Source: Octopus sinensis
Taxonomy: Eukaryota
DNA: 64,000 nt
NCBI RefSeq assembly: GCF_006345805.1
Contig: NW_021832865.1
Location: forward strand, 1 to 64,000
Reading direction: 5' to 3'
In this document: positions 12,795 to 24,829 of the stretch, piece after piece
How positions within the stretch are numbered: the stretch's first letter is position 1
Layout: each line of letters begins with the position of its first letter
Notes under the pieces: model-generated
Seen by the model: only the letters and a program-made list of their open reading frames with translations
What the model was told of the DNA's origin: nothing
Database searches by the model: none
Made by a program: the position numbers and the translations under genes

Positions 12795-14455
12795 TTTCTA
12801 TAAGATTGATGTTTTCTGATTTTTCTGTTTTTGGTTAGTGCCCTGAAAGTTTTTCAATCTCTGCTCTGGTTCGCTATCTTTGTTATAAACAATTTAATTA
12901 AATATTTGAGGTGTCCTGTGTTGTGGTTTGTAAAAAGTGTTTCTGAATTATCGTGAGAGAAAATGTTATGTGTAAAGACAGCATGTTTTAGTGACATAAA
13001 CTTGTTTTTAGGTGATTTCTGTAGTGTTTATGAGGTGGTCAAGTCACAGAGTCAGTAGAGCACCAGATAGGTTGCTTTGTGGCAATCCTTCTGACTCTTT
13101 GCGATGCTCAAATCAATTTTGTCTTTGATCACTTTGGAGTCAATAAACAAAGTACTGGGGTCAATTCTTCTCAGCCTCTCACTTTTTCTTTCTGTTTCTC
13201 TCTCCCTCTTTTTAGAAGAAACCAGTTTTGGTCATTCTTGCAAAAGGATGGCCTTGACATCATCCTCATCATTGTTTAATGTCCTCTTTCCATGATGGCA
13301 TGGGTTGGATTGTTTGTATTGGAGCTGGCCAGGCTCCAGTTGTCTGTTGTGGCATGGTATCTACAGCTGGATGTCCTTCCTAATGTCAACCACTTAACAG
13401 AATGTGCTGGGTGATTTTTACATGCCACTGGCAAGGGTGTATTTTTATGTGGCACCCACCCATGAAAGGACAAGCCTGTATGTATGGAAGGCAGCGATTT
13501 TACTTAGCTTCACATGACTTTTCAAGTACAGCAAATCACCACATCCCCTGGTCCCTCCGGGTCTAAAATTACCCAAGACATGCCATTTCTGACCATAATG
13601 CCCCATACAACCCTATCAAGGAATTGAGGGCCCAACACAAAGCAGTATTTATAAATTAGGTTCACCTGGTTTAGTTTGGTGGGTGAATGGTTGGGGTGTT
13701 CTTTTGTTGAATGTATTCTATATGATGTTGTGGCATTAATCAGGCTTATCAGATTGGTACTTTTGGTTGTTATTGTTGTTGTGGTCATTGTCATTGTTTG
13801 GAAAATGTGGACAAAATGCTCAGTGACATTTCATCCAACTTTATGTTCTGGGTTCAAATTCCACTGAGGTCAATTTTACCTTTCATCTCCTCAGGGTCAA
13901 TAAAGTAAGTACCAGTTATACACTGGGGTTTATCTAATTGATTAACCTCTCCCCCAAAGTTTCAAGCCTTGTGCCTATTGAAGAAAGAATTGTTTGGAAA
14001 ATGTGTATTTAGGTGAAGTTAGTCATACTAAATGGCATCATTTGGTGGCATTTGTTTGGCTGTTTTATTGCAAAACATCTTTTTAAAGATTTTAAAGCTG
14101 AGAAGTGTGACTTTCAGATTTCATGGACATATGTTAGAACTCTGGTTTCTGTGAGTGAAATTAGCATTGTTCAATCAGGAATGCCATAACTTCTTTGCAG
14201 ATATTCTCAAGACAAAACGATTTTAGCAAATGTATTCGTCTATTTTAAAAATGGGAGAACTTTTGAAAAACTTTGGCTGTTATTTGTAGCATATCTGGAC
14301 TGTTTGAAGGCTATATGTATTTCAGGTTTACATCAGGCATGTAAAGTGGATGTTTATGATGTGGATAGCATTATATTGTTACATGGATGGTGAATAACTT
14401 GTATTTATCTAGCATTAAATCTTGGTTTTATTTTGCAGGAATATCTGCCACGAGT

Positions 14456-14636
14456 ATGGAAGGAGAAGATGAGGGCAGAACGATATTGGTGTCAGGAATC
14501 CCAACTGATTTCCGTTTGGAAGCCATTCAGTCTTATTTTGAGAACAAGAGTAGATCAAGTGGAGGACCTATTAAAGGAAAGCCAGAACGGATCCAAGATT
14601 CTGAGGAAGTTATTATCACTTTTGAATCGGAAAAAG
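14456..14636 (+). CDS. PARP14: PARP14-like gene, coding exon 1 (RRM-like); exon starts at 14439, ATG at 14456
   Basis: Acceptor ttttgcag ends at 14438 and GT donor starts at 14637 (phase 1). Translation MEGEDEGRTILVSGIPTDFRLEAIQSYFENKSRSSGGPI... carries the YFEN-x-x-RS-GG motif typical of PARP14/PARP10-type RRMs. The symbol indicates family likeness, not proven orthology. Confidence 0.8.
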
Positions 14637-15323
14637 GTTAGAAGAAATATTCTTTATTTCATGAAATCATTTACAGACATCATCATTGTCATCATTTAAT
14701 ATCTGTTGTCCATGCTTGCATAGGTTGGACAATTTGCACATAATTACTGTGAACACATTAGATTAATATAAAGCAATGTTAAAAATCATCATCATCGTCA
14801 TTTAACATTCATTTTCCATATTTGCTTGCATTGAATAGTTTGACAGGATCTGGTGAGCAGCATTGACCTCTGGGGTCAGCTTTGGCATGGTTTCTATTGC
14901 TCAGTGCCCTTCCTAATGCCAACCACTTTACAGAGTGGACTGGGGACAATTTTCCTGCCATCATTACTAGTGAGGTTGCCAAGTAATGTCCAAGACAGGA
15001 AAAAAAAAAAGGAAAAACACTCCTTCTACTAAATGGAGTGAGGAACCGAAAGGGTTATGTAGGGGTTATGCTAGGTATTGAAAGGCTAAAGTGTGATCAA
15101 GGAGGTACAATAGAGAAACTGTAGAGCAGTGTTCTATTCCAAGTTGTCACACCATTCTGTATCCGCTCATTAAAATTCTTTAGTCATCAACAATCTGGCA
15201 GTCATGGGTAGGCTTTTATAACGAAGAGGTCTCAAAACTGAAACGTGCTTGGAGTTGTCTCTCTGCTGCTAAATTCATTCCTTCACCTTAACCTGAAGGA
15301 ATATCAAATGGCATATATATATA

Positions 15324-15359
<36 letters not shown>

Positions 15360-16184
15360 CTGATCACGTGACCGACCAGGCTATCAGATGCTGCTACAAA
15401 TCGGTGGTCACAATGCGCTTTGCATTGTTTTAGCCTTCAAATGACGCCACCCCGCTGGCTAAGTGAGCAGGCCAATATATATATATATATATATAAATAT
15501 TTTTTTTTATTTATAAAAATTTAAATTTCAAGGTTATGTTCCTCTCGTTTCTTGGCATGGGTCTGTCACGAAGATAATGAGTCTCTCTTTTCATTAAGGG
15601 ACTAATTTTAATTGAAATTTTGCAGTGCACTTCATTAAATGTTTTGACATATTCTGATATTCAAATATTCTACTCTTTATTGGAAAATAGGCTTACATAT
15701 TGGTCTGCTCAGGATAAAGCTTTTTATTGGCAATTGTCTTTGTGAATGACTACTGTTTCCTCTAAGTACTGTATGTGCGTATACACATAAGTGTGTATAT
15801 GTTTATCTGATCACACACACACACATCCTATGATGGCCACAGTTTCTCTCTTCCAAATATCAGTCACAAGGCTCTGGTCATCTTGAGGCTGTGGTAGAAG
15901 ATACTTGCTCAATGTGCTGTTGAACTAGAGCCAGTTAATTGTACAGGGAACCTCATAATCCTTTCAGCTATCGAACAAAGGGGCCTCTAAGTGATGACTT
16001 GATCTGCTAGAAAAGGCAGTTAAATCTTCTTCATGTACCACCTAACATCATAAACAAGGAAGGACACTTGGACATGTTTATGACCAGAAAGTGTCTGACC
16101 TGGTTCTACACCAACACAACCATGCCCTCCACTCATTAATAATGACATTATATTCTCAATTTCTTCTGCTATTTTGATTTTCAG

Positions 16185-16421
16185 ATGCAGAAAATGTTGT
16201 CCAAAGGAAGGTCCATAATGTAAGCAAACATAAACTTCATGTGGACTGGTATAAAAATCTAGTCTGGCAAGAAGATGCAGTGATTGTGTCAAATGGCCCC
16301 AAAGACATGTCGGAAAAAATGTTAATTGATTTTTTGGAAAAGACAGGAAAATTGGATATTGTATATGTTTCCCCTGGAAGAAAAGCTGGAACTTTTCTTG
16401 TGTATTGCCAAAATGAAATTG
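16185..16421 (+). CDS. PARP14: PARP14-like coding exon 2 (RRM1 end/RRM2)
   Basis: tttcag acceptor and GTAAGT donor at 16422. 237 nt, phase 1-1, open: DAENVVQRKVHNVSKHKLHVDWYKNLVWQEDAVIVSNGPKDMSEKMLIDFLEK...YCQNEI. Confidence 0.8.
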
Positions 16422-16735
16422 GTAAGTTTCTTCAAGTTTAATTTGTTTTGAAAAAGATTTCTTGAATTTTGTTTTGTTAATAGGATTGGTATATCTTTTG
16501 TGTTTTAATTGTTTTAGTCTAATGACTCAGGCCATGCTGGGGCACCACCTTGAAGATCTTTTTTAGTTAAATGAATCGACCCTAGTGGTTCTTAATTTTT
16601 AAAACCTAGAAACTTTTATCATTCCATTTTGCTGATCTGTTAAGTTACAGGAACATAAACACATTGACACCAGTCATCAAGCAGTAGCGGGTAACAAATA
16701 GACACAACGACACAAACACACACACACACACATAC

Positions 16736-16899
16736 ATACTGGGCTTCTTTCAGTTTCCATCTACCAAATTCACTCACAATGCCTTGGTTGAACTGAGGCT
16801 ACAGTAGAAGATTCTCACCCAAAGTGCCACACAGTGGGACTGAACCCAGAACCATGTGGTTGGGAAGCAAACTTCTTAGCACACAGCCCTGTCTGCACC
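16736..16899 (-). mobile_element. tRNA-derived SINE (octopus-type), representative copy
   Basis: tRNA-like head with a B box (ggttctgggttcagtccc) and tail ...gatggaaactgaaagaagccc. Related copies at about 15830-15935(-), 20848-21008(-), 27950-28010(+), 46473-46625(+), 51722-51865(+) and 61763-61925(+). Confidence 0.7.
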
Positions 16900-17731
16900 T
16901 ATTTATATCTTTTATTTCTTCCCAGATTTTGCTTTTTGGTTTCTCACATTTATCAGGAAAGGAAGAAATTTGTCAGGAATGATGGTTATCAGGCAGGAAA
17001 TCAGAAATATTAGAGATGATGTTTTATCAGTGAAACTGATTCCAGTATTTGACCGTTCCTTCAGTTTCTAAACATTGGAAAGAGGGAAAGTAAATGGAAT
17101 ATTTTACCATCTTTGTTTGATTGATAGAGGGAACTTGTTACAAATGTAATTTCTATCTAAAACAAAATGGAAAGAAAACTGAGTCTTTACCTTGTAAATG
17201 CATATTACTGAATAATAATACAAATATATAGTTTAATTCTAAAACAAAATATATTTTGTTAGTCTTGGGAGGGTCATTGTGCCAATGATAAACACATGCA
17301 CAGGTCTGCCTGTCTTTTACTTTTAATTATAGTTTCAATATAAAACGAATATGTTGAGTAATGATACTCTCATAATATTGAACACATCAAACTAAAATTT
17401 TCAAATCAATAAAATTCTACAAAGGACTTTCCACACAGGATTATATATTCGGTTGATGTGATTTTTTCTTTTGTCTGTTGTTTCACCTCTCCATTTTATT
17501 TACCTTTTCTCACTACAGACTCTGAAACATTTCTTCTTTCTTCTAGCACTTTCATCTTTATAATTCAGAGCATTCCTTAACTATTTAGCATTCAGATTAA
17601 TCTGTCAAGCTTTCTGCTTATTTATTCACATCATTTCGTATTAATCATGCATTATCTCATAGCTTTGAAATTTTGACGAGGTAATTGTTAATTTTTAGAA
17701 TGATATTGTATGGTTGGTGTAAGAGGCCAGA

Positions 17732-18265
17732 TATCATCATCATCATCATTGTTTAAAGTCCGCTTTCCATGCTGGTATGGGTTGGACGATTTTGACTGAA
17801 GGCTGGCAAACCAGATGGCTGCACCAGGCTCCAATCTTGATCTGGCAGAGTTTCTACAGCTGGATGCCCTTCCTAATGCCAGCCACTCCGATAGTGTAGT
17901 GGGTGCTTTTATGTGCCACCGGCACAGGTGCCAGTTAGGCAGTACTGGCAACCTCGCACAAATTTTTTTATACATGCCACCGGCACAGGTGCCAGTAAGG
18001 TGATGTTGGTAACGATCACGCTCGAATGGTGCCCTTTTACGTGCCACTGGCACAGAAGCCAGTTGGCTGCTCTGGCAACAATCACACTTGGATGGTGCTC
18101 TTGGCACCCTACTAGCACGGGCGCAAGTGCCAGTAAGGTGATGCTGGTAATGATCTGGTAACGATCACACTCGAATGGTGCCTTTTATGTGCCACTGGCA
18201 CGGATGCCGGTTAGCCGCTCTGTCAATGATCACACTCGTATGGTGCTCTTTGCACCCTGCTAGTA
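17732..18265 (-). mobile_element. 5'-truncated RTE 3' UTR copy with (GAT)n tail, representative
   Basis: Same terminal sequence as the coding RTE copies. Further copies at about 14785-14990(-), 19720-20125(+), 20578-20760(-), 29505-29875(-), 32473-32790(-), 51180-51710(+, two), 54070-54520(+) and 54692-55510(-). Confidence 0.75.
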
Positions 18266-18784
18266 GATATGGCCTGTTTAAATGTTCAGGGGTTAAACAT
18301 TCTGCATTCTCATTTCTTTGCATTTCTTAACATCTTCTGGAGTCTTTATATTCTTCATCCTTACCCTGACTCATCTCAGTTCTCTGCACACCTTCTTTCT
18401 ACCTGTGTTTCTATGCTGCTGTGTGTGCATGTGTGTGTTGTCCATTGCCTTACACCCTGTTGATGCTGTTAAAGTATTGTTTTGAACTGATGAACAGGGA
18501 GATGAGGCAAGGATTGCAGAGGACCAGTGTTCAAAGGAGAAAGAATCTGGTATAATTGAGGGGATGGAGTTGGATACAAGAAGGGTGACATGAGATGGAA
18601 CAATGAGTGGATCAAAGAGCCTGAATGGCAATGGTATAAAATCAACCAGAGAGACGAAACAGGGGCCCTCATAGCAGTGATAGAAAAGACAGTAGAATAG
18701 ATCCTGGAGTTTATTTAGAGAGACAGGAGTTTAGTTACTTTATTTGCCATTTGCTTTCAAAGCTCCCTTTGCTAGTTTTGGCTT

Positions 18785-18945
18785 GTTGATGATGATGATG
18801 ATGATGATGACGATGGTGGTGGTGGTGGTGGTGATGGTGATGATGATGATGATGATGGTGGCGATGATGATGACGATGACGATGATGATGATGATGACGA
18901 TGATGATGATCATCATCATCATGATGGTGATGATGATGATATTGT
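18785..18945. repeat. (GAT/GGT)n trinucleotide microsatellite
   Basis: Direct reading of the sequence. It generates spurious poly-Met and poly-Ile ORFs. Confidence 0.95.
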
Positions 18946-21174
18946 TAAAATAGACATTTTGTTGTGATGATGTAGAAGAATGACAAACAGATAAACCATC
19001 AAAATTTGTTGTTGTTTTTTTAAATGGCTCAGTGAAGAAGAAGAGAGGGCAACTGGTCGATATATTGTGAGGTAAAAGGGTCAACAGCCTTGACCTTTTG
19101 AAGGTCAAACTCCTTCATTGATGAGATTGATCTGGTTGTATTAGTCAATGGTCTGCAGGAAAAAGAGGCAAGTTTTGGAGAATTGTCAATCATTGATGTT
19201 TGGATACAGTGGTCATTAGAAAGAGGGGTCAGTATGGGGTGGTGGTGGTGAGGAGATACATTGTAAGGTTTATGAGAAGAGAGGAGACAGCTGTGTTTGT
19301 GTTGAGTATACCTGGTGCTAATATAAGTCATTAAGAACTATAGTGATTGTTGTTGTGACGATGGGATGAGAGGGGAGAACATCTACAAATGAACCATTGC
19401 ATCATGAAGTTGTCTTCTACATGGTGATGGAATCTTCTCTTTAGTTTACAAGAAGATATTCCATGGTAGAGAATGAGAGCAGCAAGTATATTTAACACGC
19501 TGCTTCTTGCTTTTATAACTTTCAATAAATATCGAAATCGAAGAAGGTGGCCAGCTGGTCGAAATGTTAGCATGCTGGACAAAATGCTTAACTGCATTTC
19601 ATCTGTCTTCATGCTTTGTGTGCAAATTCTGCTGAGAATAACTTTGCCTTTCGTCCTTTCAGGGTTCAAAAAAATAAATACCAGCTGATGACTGGGGTCG
19701 ATGCAATCAACTAACCCTTCCCTCCAAATTGCTGGCCTTGTGTCACAATTTGAAATCAAGAGACATTTGGGGATGTGCTGTGCTTGAGAGGATCCGTCAA
19801 GCCAAGTGCACCTGAACTGGTGACACATAAAGAGCATCCTTTGAATGTTGGGCCTCACGGAGGCAAAGTGGCTGAATTCTTTTCGAGTGTTGGGCCTCAC
19901 AGAGGTAATGACCAAGATTTTTGGTATTATGTCATGTTTTGGAAGATCCATCAAGGCATGTAAAGGGACCCATTACATTCTCGGAGTGGTTGGCGTTAGG
20001 AAGGGCATTCAGCCAAAGAAAATCATGCCAAATCAGACTGGAGTCTGATGCAGCCTTCCAGCATGTCAGCCCAGTCAAACCGTCCAACCCATGCCAGCAT
20101 GGACAACAGAACTTAAATGATGATATATCTTTAGAAATGGTTGGGTAGTTATATGTATTTTTAGTGAAATAGTTTGTTTTTGTTTTGTTTTCTTTTTGTC
20201 TAAATAACTTCATCTCTAACTTGTCTCTGATATTGTCATGTCTTTAACCAAAGTACAATATTCTAGAATACAAGAATGAGCCCAGACGAGAAATGTTGAA
20301 ATTCCCATCTCTACCTTAAAACACACACTTTTAATGATCTGAAGACCTTTACACAGTTGCTCAGGCTGATAGAAATAGCAGGAAAGTATCCCTCCCATTA
20401 CACCCTGCCTTCTTCAAAACAGAAGCTACCATTCTAGATATTGGAATGGTCATGGCTGGATTGTCTTTCATCATAAATCTGCTCAGTCAAATTTTGTTTC
20501 TTATGTTTTACACTTTACTTATCCCTAAATAGAAATACCTTTTACATTTAAGGATGAGAAAATATTTACTAAAGGACACATCATCACCATGATCATGATC
20601 ATCATCACTGTTTTAACGTCCACTTTTCCATGCTTGCATGGGTTGGACAAAATTTGATGATGAGTTGGATTTCTGCAGCTGGATGCCCTTCATGTTGCCA
20701 ACCCTCACCTATTTCCAAGTAAGGTAATGTTTCCCAGTGACCAGACATGTTTTAAGGAAGATTGGAAATGAAGGACACTGCTTGTATAACAGGGACACTC
20801 GTTTGCAACAGGCAAGGAAACAGTAACATACAGACGGACAGACAGACAGATGGCTTCTTTCAGTCTTCGTCCACCAAATCCACTCATAAGGCTTTGGTGA
20901 GCCCAAGGCTATAGTAGAATACATTTTATCCAAGTGCTACACAGTGGGACTGAACCCCAAACCATATGGCTGGGAAGCAACCATCTTACCACACAGCCAC
21001 ACCTGTGCCTATATGGAGTTGTTAAATAATTGGAACTGCATTTTAATGCTAAAATCTCCAAATTTGAAGAATTCTCAAAATCATTTCAATCTAAAATGTG
21101 TTAAAACATCAGTAAATTGACTTCAATTTGATTCTTTTACCAAAATGTATTTCCATTCATTGTATTTATTGCAG

Positions 21175-21407
21175 ATTTTGAGTATGTTCAGAGGATGTGC
21201 CAAAACACCCCTTAAAAGGAAATCAACTGAAAGTGGATAGAATTAAGGAAATAAACAGTGTTCAAGTGAAAAACGTTTCTTCAAATGTCAGCTCTGAGAG
21301 TCTTCAAAGATATTTTGGAAACAGTAAAAGAAGTTCTGGTGGAGATATTTCTTCAGTTCAACAACAAACCTCTGATACTTACATTATAAGTTTTAAAGAG
21401 GCATATG
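21175..21407 (+). CDS. PARP14: PARP14-like coding exon 3 (RRM), with an apparent 1-nt deletion at 21202-21205
   Basis: ttgcag acceptor and GTAAGT donor at 21408. Adding one A to caaaacac gives DFEYVQRMCQKHPLKGNQLKVDRIKEINSVQVKNV...YFGNSKRSSGGDI (234 nt, phase 1-1). An AG at 21181-21182 would also restore the frame (225 nt). Confidence 0.78.
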
Positions 21408-21715
21408 GTAAGTAATTTTTTTCTGCTCTCTTTGTCTAGTCTACCTATCAGAGTCAGTTATTAGCATTGTTTTAATTCAGGTTTTGTTGGAACTCCTGGA
21501 GGCTTGCTATCCACAGCCTACGGTACCATGCTATCTCTTCTGTTCAGCCATGTAATATTTTCTTGATGATAATGGCTGTGACAAGGAGGCAGACTTTTGG
21601 TAACAGCTCTACTCGGCGCTCTGTCCTCATTTCCTCTTAATATCTTCTGATACTGTCCCCAGGGCCCCAATAATAATTAGAATTATCTCCATCTTTCACA
21701 GTCAAGCACATTTAA

Positions 21716-22801
21716 CCCTTTCGTTACCAAACCGCCCAAAGCCGCCCGAAAAAAATTTTGGTTTATGAGACCAAACCGCCCAAAGCCGCCCGAATTTATC
21801 TATTCATATTTAAATGAGAATATCAGAGCAAATCTCTTCAGTACATTCGTGAAAACAGGTATTATATTTTGTAAACAGTTCAACTACAGTTTTGTACAAT
21901 AATCGAAGTGTAATTTTAATTCCGTGAATTTTGGGAGATTTTTTTCCGAAATTTGTTCCTATTGTGTTTTCAAAATTTGTAATTCTGACAAAAAATGGAT
22001 ACGAATTTCATTATATCAAGCAGCGAGTCAGAATTCGAAGGATTTTCTACTGAAGACCTTCATAAATCTAACTCTATGACTGAAAAAAAAAAAGCATGTG
22101 GTATTTGATAATGAATCTGATGTTTCATTTTCCGAAAGTGAAAACAGTGAATCTGAGATATCCGATAGCGATAAAGAAAACGAATTGGCACCTGAATGGA
22201 GTGAAAATTTAAAAACTGTTTCTTTCGGTGATTTTTCTGAAGAAACTGGACCAAGCCACAGATTTTCCCAGGAGAGTAAAGCTTTAGACTATTTCTTTTT
22301 ACTTTTCCAATGAGCCTATTTGAAATCATTACGGCGGAAACGAACCGTTACGCTAAATATAAACAAAGCGAAAGAAAGGATAGTTTGTGGTTTCCCACAA
22401 CCTTAAATGAAATTAAGACTATTTTGCCATAAATATTATTATGGGTATCAGAAAGTTACCCAGAATAACAAATTCTATCGTAAAATTTTGTTGTATACCC
22501 AATTGAATATTAGCTAATAACCCATTTTCTATAGCGATGTTTGAACAAAATTTTAATAATTTTATATTTTGTGGAATTTACCTGTATCTACCTGCAATTA
22601 GAGTCACTTTGTGACAAAAATTATATTATAGAATTGGTTGAGAATATTTCATTAAATTATCTTCCAAAAATCAGATTAATATATCGATAAATAAAAAAGT
22701 TATAGTTGTTTAATGAAACCAGACTAAATTTATGATTACGTTAGAAATTAATTGAAACACATAAGGGGTGTAATTTGGTCAGAAATATAGTAACGAAAGG
22801 G
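21716..22801 (+). mobile_element. Internally deleted piggyBac transposon (1086 bp)
   Basis: TTAA TSD at 21712-21715 and 22802-22805, with perfect 12-bp TIRs CCCTTTCGTTAC. The frameshifted transposase N-terminus has an acidic tract, GPSH...ALDYFFLLF, ETNRYA...W-PTT-NEI and MGIRKLP. Confidence 0.92.
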
Positions 22802-23149
22802 TTAAGAGGATTGTCTACTTGTTCACCTAACTAATTGTGGGTCAAATGCGTATGCAACATCAGTTATAGAGCACATGTGGTTCACCTTGTCCACAACGAC
22901 CAGGCCTGGCTTGTTGTACTAAAGCACTTGGCCCTTTCTGCATTGAAAAATCCCACAAGATTTTACAGGTCTCTGACTCTGTGATACTCTGTGGTTTCTG
23001 TTTGTAGCATGTTTTGCTTCTCTCTAACCCCAACTTTCCTCATACTTTCCAATGCAGCACTTTTGTAACCTCATCATGTCACCACAACTCATATTGGTTT
23101 GGGGCAAGTTGAGAGCATTCATTCACAGTAAGGGCAATGGCTTCATCAA

Positions 23150-24250
23150 ATTATTATTATTTTTATTGAGTGAGAGAGTAGTGCATGCCATCAAAGTGAT
23201 ACTGGGGTAAAATATATGAAGCCCAGAATACCCATCATGACTACCCATCTGATAAGGGTACACCAGGCTCATGCATCACAACCATATGTGCGCGACATGG
23301 TGATCTCATATCAAGATAAACAGCGCATAACCTTGCATGTGGAGCCCAGTTAGAATTTTCTTCTGGTCGAGTAAGCCATCCTGCTCAAAAGGTCCCCAAA
23401 TAAGGGTTAAGGATGTTGAACGAAACACCTATGTTTCCAGAGGTGAATTATTCAAACCCCAAAGAATCCCTCTCAACACATGGTTATGATGCTCCCCTAC
23501 TACTTCTTCTTATGATTAGAGATGCACATATCGTCAGCCACTAAGAGACATGCTCAACTGGTTAGGTCAAACAACTGACAAGCAAATCCGTGGTATTGAG
23601 CAGAATATTTGCTGTAACCCATCTTTTATAGCAAGACAAAATAAGGTACATGATATCACTTCCAATCAGTTAAGATCAGAAGCCACAAGAGCCACTGCCT
23701 GGTACTGCATCAGGGCATATTATTATTGTTGTTGTTGTTATTGAAAGAACAGTGCATGCCGTCAAAGTGACACTGATGTAAAATATACAAAGGTACACCA
23801 GGCACATGCATCACAACTATATGTGCACAACATGGTGATCTCATATCAAGATAAACAGGGCATGATCTTGCAGGTGAGGCCTAGTTAGAATTTTCTTCAG
23901 GTCGAGTAGCTCATCCCACTCAAAAGGTCACTGAACAAGGTTTTTATAAGGATGATGAATAAAACACCCATGTTTCCATGTTTCAGAGGTGAATTATCCA
24001 AACCCCAAAGAATTTTTCTCAACACATGGTTATAATGCTCCTCCACTACTTCTGTTCATGAGAGATGCACATATTGTCAGCCATCAAGGGACATGCTCAA
24101 CTGGTTAAGGACAAGCAAATCTGTGGTATTGAGCAGAATATTTGCTGTAGCCCATCTTTTCATACCAAGACAAAACAATGTGGATGATAACACTTCCCAA
24201 TCATTAAGGATCAGATGCCAAGAGAGCAACTTCCTGGTACGGCATCACAT
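23150..24250 (-). mobile_element. Two tandem copies of a ~550-bp (AAT)n-tailed interspersed repeat
   Basis: About 23150-23720 and 23745-24250 are clearly homologous along their length, each with a degenerate (tta/ttg)n tail on the + strand. Confidence 0.7.
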
Positions 24251-24756
24251 TATTATCAGTATCAATAACATTGATACGCTTAGTTTTGTTGGTTTTTGTA
24301 CGTATGTACGCGTGGCGTGTGTCACACTTACTGCAAAGAAGTGAGTGGTAAAGAGAGAGAGAGAATAAGAGAAAGAGAGAGAGAGTGAGAGAGAAAGAGA
24401 GAGAGAGAGTGAGAGGCAGTGATTGGTGTTTGTATTGTGTTTTTAATGTTGATACATACATACACACATTGTTAAATCAAAAGCAGGAGAGAGGAGGGAC
24501 ACAGAGGAAGTGAGAGAGAAAGAGAGAAAGTGATAGAAACAGTAGATACATAGATCCAAAGAAAAGTTGATACATAGACACGTAGTTAAATCAAAGCAAA
24601 TAACTGCAGCAAATATTGGATGTCACTTTCGCTATTCATTACCACACGAGGATAAAATTAACTCGCAAGTGGCTGAGTACTCCACAGTCATGCATATTAT
24701 TAACGTAGTTCTGGGGGCAATTCAGCCTCACACAGCTAGAACTCATTTTGGCCAGC

Positions 24757-24821
24757 GTGGTTAGTGGTTAGGATTCCTGGCTTTCACCCAGGCGGCCCGG
24801 GTTCGATTCCCGGCATGGGAA
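24757..24821 (+). pseudogene. tRNA-Glu(TTC) retrocopy lacking the 5' acceptor strand, fused to an RTE LINE
   Basis: Anticodon arm cctgg-ctTTCac-ccagg (TTC at 24783-24785), T arm ccggg-ttcgatt-cccgg and 3' acceptor strand catggga. The expected 5' strand tcccatg is absent and there is no CCA. Confidence 0.88.
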
Positions 24822-24829
24822 CGCATGTT

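Noticed and set aside
18740-19108. Poly-Met and poly-Ile ORFs
   Set aside because: They are translations of a (GAT)n microsatellite.
23660-23720. Weak 5S rRNA-like similarity at the head of the (AAT)n-tailed repeat
   Set aside because: Only a short gapped resemblance (ctgatcttaactgattggaag); the A/C boxes are not recognisable without an alignment search.
24750-24821. Functional tRNA-Glu gene
   Set aside because: The 5' acceptor strand is replaced by host-repeat sequence (only about 3 Watson-Crick pairs of 7), so it cannot fold as a tRNA.
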